This document shows positions 60,548 to 64,000 of a stretch of 64,000 bases of DNA, piece by piece. Below the pieces are notes generated by a model. That model searched no databases and was not told where the DNA came from. It saw only the letters and a program-made list of their open reading frames with translations. Position numbers and translations under genes: made by a program. This stretch comes from an uncultured Candidatus Saccharibacteria bacterium (GTDB taxonomy: Bacteria; Patescibacteriota; Minisyncoccia; Phycocordibacterales; CAIZLB01): contig CAYVEK010000002.1 in NCBI GenBank assembly GCA_964450605.1, positions 14,384 to 78,383 of the forward strand. The letters run 5' to 3'. Numbering within the stretch: position 1 is the first letter of the stretch; every line of letters starts with the position of its first letter.

Positions 60548-61127
60548 GAATAAATTTGTATTAATACTATTGGGAATAAGTGTACTTACAACAGGTTTTA
60601 CAGTTCAAGCAACCACAGATGCTGAGATACAGGCACTTCTTAATCAAGCATATAGCAGTATGACAGGTGGAAATACCAGCTCTACCCCAAATCTACTTAA
60701 CACACCTACTACAAATACAACAGGTACCAATACCACAACTCAGAAAACAACAAAGCAAACTGTAAAAGTAGAGCGTTTAAACTACTCTCCCATTGTTCCT
60801 GATACATATGTAAAATTAAACAGCATAGTAAGTATCAACATACGAACTGCTGCAAGTGCAACAACTCCGATAGAGATATTTCTACTTGGTTTTGATGCAA
60901 ACTCAAATCCTGTAAAAAAGATTTTTATAAAAAATGTGTACAATGAAAAACCAAATGTAGTTAAACAGTACAAACTTATGATCAATCAAGATATTCTTGA
61001 TCAGGCCAAGAGAGCTGACTGGGTGCAGGTTGGATACTGTGTTGGAGGATGTAAAGTATCTAAAAGTAAAATGATAAAAGGAAGAATTATTTTGCCTCGT
61101 ATACAACCGACTTCTTCAAGTAATTAA
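60546..61127 (+). CDS. Secreted hypothetical protein with Thr/Asn-rich linker
   Basis: Signal peptide MNKFVLILLGISVLTTGFTVQA; TPTTNTTGTNTTTQKTTKQT linker; C-terminal domain with CVGGC. Confidence 0.45.
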   Translation: MNKFVLILLGISVLTTGFTVQATTDAEIQALLNQAYSSMTGGNTSSTPNLLNTPTTNTTGTNTTTQKTTKQTVKVERLNYSPIVPDTYVKLNSIVSINIRTAASATTPIEIFLLGFDANSNPVKKIFIKNVYNEKPNVVKQYKLMINQDILDQAKRADWVQVGYCVGGCKVSKSKMIKGRIILPRIQPTSSSN

Positions 61128-62388
61128 GTAGTTTTGCGACGTCTCCATTTTTGTTATCACTCTTTAGAACGATCACAACAACCGTTCGCACTCCCCCTTT
61201 AGCCATATTTACATCAAACAAAGAAACGGTTGTTTGTTTTGCTTGATCTATAAAACCATTTTTACCACCAGCAAAACCTGTTGTTAGAAGTAATGCATTT
61301 TTGTTGTACCATGTATGGCCTTTGATAGAAAACTGTTTAACACGGGTCATATCATATATCTGCGGATCGTGCTTGTAGATATATCGCGCCAGCTTTAGTA
61401 AGTCATACGGGGTTGATATGTTTCGAGGGTCTAAACCACTTGGATCACCATAGTATGTGTCCAACATATTGAGCTCTGTCGCTTTTTTATTCATCTCTTC
61501 CATAAACTTTGCATGACCATACTGATCAGCAAAAACTTCTGCAGCATCATTACTTGACTCCATAAGCAATGGGAATAGTAGGTCTGCGAGTCGTATCTTT
61601 TCTCCAGAACCCAGATTTCCTTGTCCTCCGTAGGCACTTGTAGCATCACGAGATACAACTGCAACAGTTTGCATATCCATCTTTTCTCGGGCAACGAGAG
61701 CCGTCATAAGCTTACTTACCGAAGCAAGTGGATGTGCTACTTCAGCGTCTTTTTCCAAAATGACTTCACCTGTCTCAAGATCTGCAACTAGATACGCTTT
61801 CGAACTAAGAACTGGTGCAATAGCTTTCGGTAATACTGAGTAACGACCTTGCATAGACAAATCCTCAGAATCATCACTTCCTATCAGATGTGTTCCGTTA
61901 TTTCTACCACCTATCACAAGAGTTGTATCTGCATATTTATTGATATTATCAGTCAAAAAATTGTTTGGAGTATTTGCATCAACCCCAATCTGAGATACAC
62001 CTGGTATACCAAGATCCACTCGTGATATATCTTCTGCGTTTTTTTGTGTACCAAAGATAGAATCCATGCCTGATTTTACATATATATCAACATCTGTAGA
62101 GGTCGCTGTTGTACTCGCATGCATTTCTGGATTATGTAGAGATACTTCTTTTTTAATATTTGAAAATGCCAATAATACAAGTTGGGTGATAAAAGCAACG
62201 ACTGATACTCCAATAATCATAACTCCAATAATCCACAAAATACCTTTTTTAGAAAAAATATCTTTTGTAGTAAACAGAGATTGTTTAGGTGCAGCAAAAC
62301 TTGGAGCAACAGGAACAGCAACCTCTTGAGTATCAGACTCTTGAAGATTATTTTTTATTGATTGTGTATAAGAGTGAAAGTTAAGCAT
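61087..62388 (-). CDS. Membrane-anchored serine-type D-Ala-D-Ala carboxypeptidase (peptidase S11-like)
   Basis: N-terminal TM; SVSK (SxxK), SSND (SxN) and KNG/KTG-like motifs. Confidence 0.6.
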   Translation of the reverse strand: MLNFHSYTQSIKNNLQESDTQEVAVPVAPSFAAPKQSLFTTKDIFSKKGILWIIGVMIIGVSVVAFITQLVLLAFSNIKKEVSLHNPEMHASTTATSTDVDIYVKSGMDSIFGTQKNAEDISRVDLGIPGVSQIGVDANTPNNFLTDNINKYADTTLVIGGRNNGTHLIGSDDSEDLSMQGRYSVLPKAIAPVLSSKAYLVADLETGEVILEKDAEVAHPLASVSKLMTALVAREKMDMQTVAVVSRDATSAYGGQGNLGSGEKIRLADLLFPLLMESSNDAAEVFADQYGHAKFMEEMNKKATELNMLDTYYGDPSGLDPRNISTPYDLLKLARYIYKHDPQIYDMTRVKQFSIKGHTWYNKNALLLTTGFAGGKNGFIDQAKQTTVSLFDVNMAKGGVRTVVVIVLKSDNKNGDVAKLLNYLKKSVVYEAK

Positions 62389-62406
62389 ACAGTATTAGTA
62401 ACTTTA

Positions 62407-63321
62407 TTAAATATATGAAAATTCGTCAAATACCTTTCTAAAATTCTCAATCGCCTCCTCAACCATGGTTCGAGAGAGTGTAAAACTTGTCCCTTGATGT
62501 GCAAGTTCATTTCGTATCTTATGCGCTCGCCAAGCAAGATCGAGAGTTCCTATCTGTGATTTATTAGTATTTTTAAGTTTTTCCCCTATAGAATCTCCAG
62601 GAACCCCGATAGAATCAAGCAGGTCATATAACATGATATCTGCTTCCATGATAGCTATACGCCAATCTGATTGATTTGCAGAGTTATAGTATTTTTCAAC
62701 AATCTCCCATCTAGGATTACGTATACCGTTCGTATCACCTTCATATGAAGTTGGCACAGCTATCGAAGATTCATCAGATCCTGGAAGAGTGGTGATACCT
62801 ACAGGCTCGTTTTTTGTTGACTCATCCTTTTTAGGCTTCATGCCTTCTTTGATAAAGTTTAATCGAACTTTATTATGATATAGTAACAAACCAAATAATA
62901 GAGATAAAAATATAGAAGTAAAAAATACAGCGTAAAATATATTTTTAAACAAATCCAATAGTCTAAATTTTGTCTCATCAACAATACTTGGCTGTATTGT
63001 TTTTGATACAACCTGACCCTGTTCATTAACAACAGATTCTTCATGTGGATTTAGCAGATTATTGTAAAATCCTTTGATTGTTCCGTAAGGCTCTTCTTGA
63101 TTTTCATATTCGTAACCAGCAGTTGTTTGTGTTCCAGACTCCACACCTTCAAATAGGTTTATGGACTGATTTGAATCAAGTCTTGGAATAATAACCAAAA
63201 ACAATGATGCAATAACTAGCAAAATCAAAAACACATCCTCCCAATTTGCACCAAATACTTTCTTTGATTTTGGTGCTTCTTTTTTGTCATCCTTTTTTTC
63301 TACTTTCTTTTCTTCTGCCAT
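62407..63321 (-). CDS. Hypothetical 2-TM protein with Lys-rich N-terminus and C-terminal helical domain carrying an Rx4H (HEPN-like) motif
   Basis: Start at MAEEKKVEKK. TM1 FLILLVIASLFLVII, TM2 FYAVFFTSIFLSLLFGLLLY. C-terminal AWRAHKIRNELAHQG. Confidence 0.45.
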   Translation of the reverse strand: MAEEKKVEKKDDKKEAPKSKKVFGANWEDVFLILLVIASLFLVIIPRLDSNQSINLFEGVESGTQTTAGYEYENQEEPYGTIKGFYNNLLNPHEESVVNEQGQVVSKTIQPSIVDETKFRLLDLFKNIFYAVFFTSIFLSLLFGLLLYHNKVRLNFIKEGMKPKKDESTKNEPVGITTLPGSDESSIAVPTSYEGDTNGIRNPRWEIVEKYYNSANQSDWRIAIMEADIMLYDLLDSIGVPGDSIGEKLKNTNKSQIGTLDLAWRAHKIRNELAHQGTSFTLSRTMVEEAIENFRKVFDEFSYI

Positions 63322-63325
63322 GCTT

Positions 63326-64000
63326 TTAGTATAGCATTTTTCCAAGCGCAAAAAGAATATCTTCTCTATCTGTATTTGCCATCAATTGTATACCAAGAGG
63401 CATGTTATTTTTTGTTCCCCATACCGGATGCCCGTGCTCATCATGTTGTGGTTTATATGGCAATGATATAGCCGGAACACCTGCCAAGTTTGCAGTTACA
63501 GTAAAGATATCTGCAAGGTACAATGAGAGTGTATCGCCTGCTTTTTCACCGATCTTGAAAGCTGTATCAGGAGTTGTTGGAAGAAGTATTGCATCAACTG
63601 ATTCAAATGCTTTTTTAATATCAGCAGTTAACAACTCTCGCAAAACGGTAGCTTTTCGATAATAGGCATCATGATAACCTGCAGAAAGTATGTATGTACC
63701 GAGCATGATTCGTTTTTTTACTTCACGCCCAAGTAGTTGTCCCCGTGTCTGCATATAGTCTTGTAGTAGATTTGATCCTTCGACTTTTTGTCCATATCTA
63801 ACTCCATCAAAACGAGCCATGTTTGATGACACTTCTGCTGGGACAAGTATGTAGTAAAGCGCCAAAGCTTTGGTCAAAAGAGGAATAGAAATATCTACAA
63901 ACTCAACTCCTTTTGTTTTTAGATCGGCAACTACATGCTCTATACTTTTCTTAACCTCATCAGTTACTCCATCTGTAAAAATAAATTCTCGAGGAATTCC
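63326..64000 (-). CDS. gatA: Glutamyl-tRNA(Gln)/aspartyl-tRNA(Asn) amidotransferase subunit A, 3' portion (5' end beyond window)
   Basis: YYILVPAEVSSNMARFDGVRYG and PTTPDTAFKIGEK...DIFTVTANLAGVPAISLP match the GatA C-terminal half. Confidence 0.8.
   Translation of the reverse strand, partial: GIPREFIFTDGVTDEVKKSIEHVVADLKTKGVEFVDISIPLLTKALALYYILVPAEVSSNMARFDGVRYGQKVEGSNLLQDYMQTRGQLLGREVKKRIMLGTYILSAGYHDAYYRKATVLRELLTADIKKAFESVDAILLPTTPDTAFKIGEKAGDTLSLYLADIFTVTANLAGVPAISLPYKPQHDEHGHPVWGTKNNMPLGIQLMANTDREDILFALGKMLY

Overview
This is a 64-kb, gene-dense bacterial chromosomal segment that is AT-rich (about one-third GC by eye). Almost all genes lie on the minus strand up to ~45 kb, followed by a divergently organised surface-glycan locus. 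Small housekeeping proteins, many secreted or membrane hypotheticals and a compact RNase P RNA suggest a reduced-genome, CPR/Patescibacteria-like organism, but that is inference only.

Recognisable content, in order:
- A type I R-M methyltransferase (hsdM) with an N-terminal HTH fusion, followed by a RhuM-like gene.
- An ASCH, HIT, MBL-hydrolase and orphan MazF/PemK-like toxin cluster.
- secF-secD, dnaB, recR and rplU.
- uvrA and uvrB, separated by a ~1.2-kb GC-rich insert carrying an adenylate-kinase-like P-loop gene.
- A DedA protein, a GH-like TIM-barrel protein, rsmI, radC and pyk.
- The dcw cluster head (ftsI, ftsL-like, rsmH, mraZ) with a MraZ-type direct-repeat operator.
- A holB-like gene, mreB, mscL and murJ.
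- rnpB (RNase P RNA) with a near-consensus sigma70 promoter and an intrinsic terminator, then a tandem long-hairpin leader.
- yqeY, then rpoC-rpoB. No rplJ-rplL lies upstream of rpoB; a second GC-rich insert with a small terminated plus-strand ORF sits there instead.
- A flavodoxin-like NAD(P)H oxidoreductase, a MYG1/UPF0160 protein, an AI-2E transporter and secA.
- A 26-aa Lys/Ala-rich micro-ORF, and a third GC-rich insert encoding a secreted coiled-coil/TM/Pro-rich protein.
- A ~13.7-kb polysaccharide locus: O-antigen-ligase/TPR protein, GT32, Wzx flippase, GT25, two acyltransferase-3 genes, a DUF1792-like gene, two FkbM methyltransferases, two GT4 genes and a carbamoyltransferase.
- A soluble VirD4/TraG-like P-loop ATPase, a secreted Thr-rich protein, a DD-carboxypeptidase, a 2-TM protein with a C-terminal HEPN-like motif, and the 3' part of gatA.

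No rRNA, tRNA, CRISPR array or transposase/integrase was recognised. All family assignments rest on motif recognition by eye; no searches were run.
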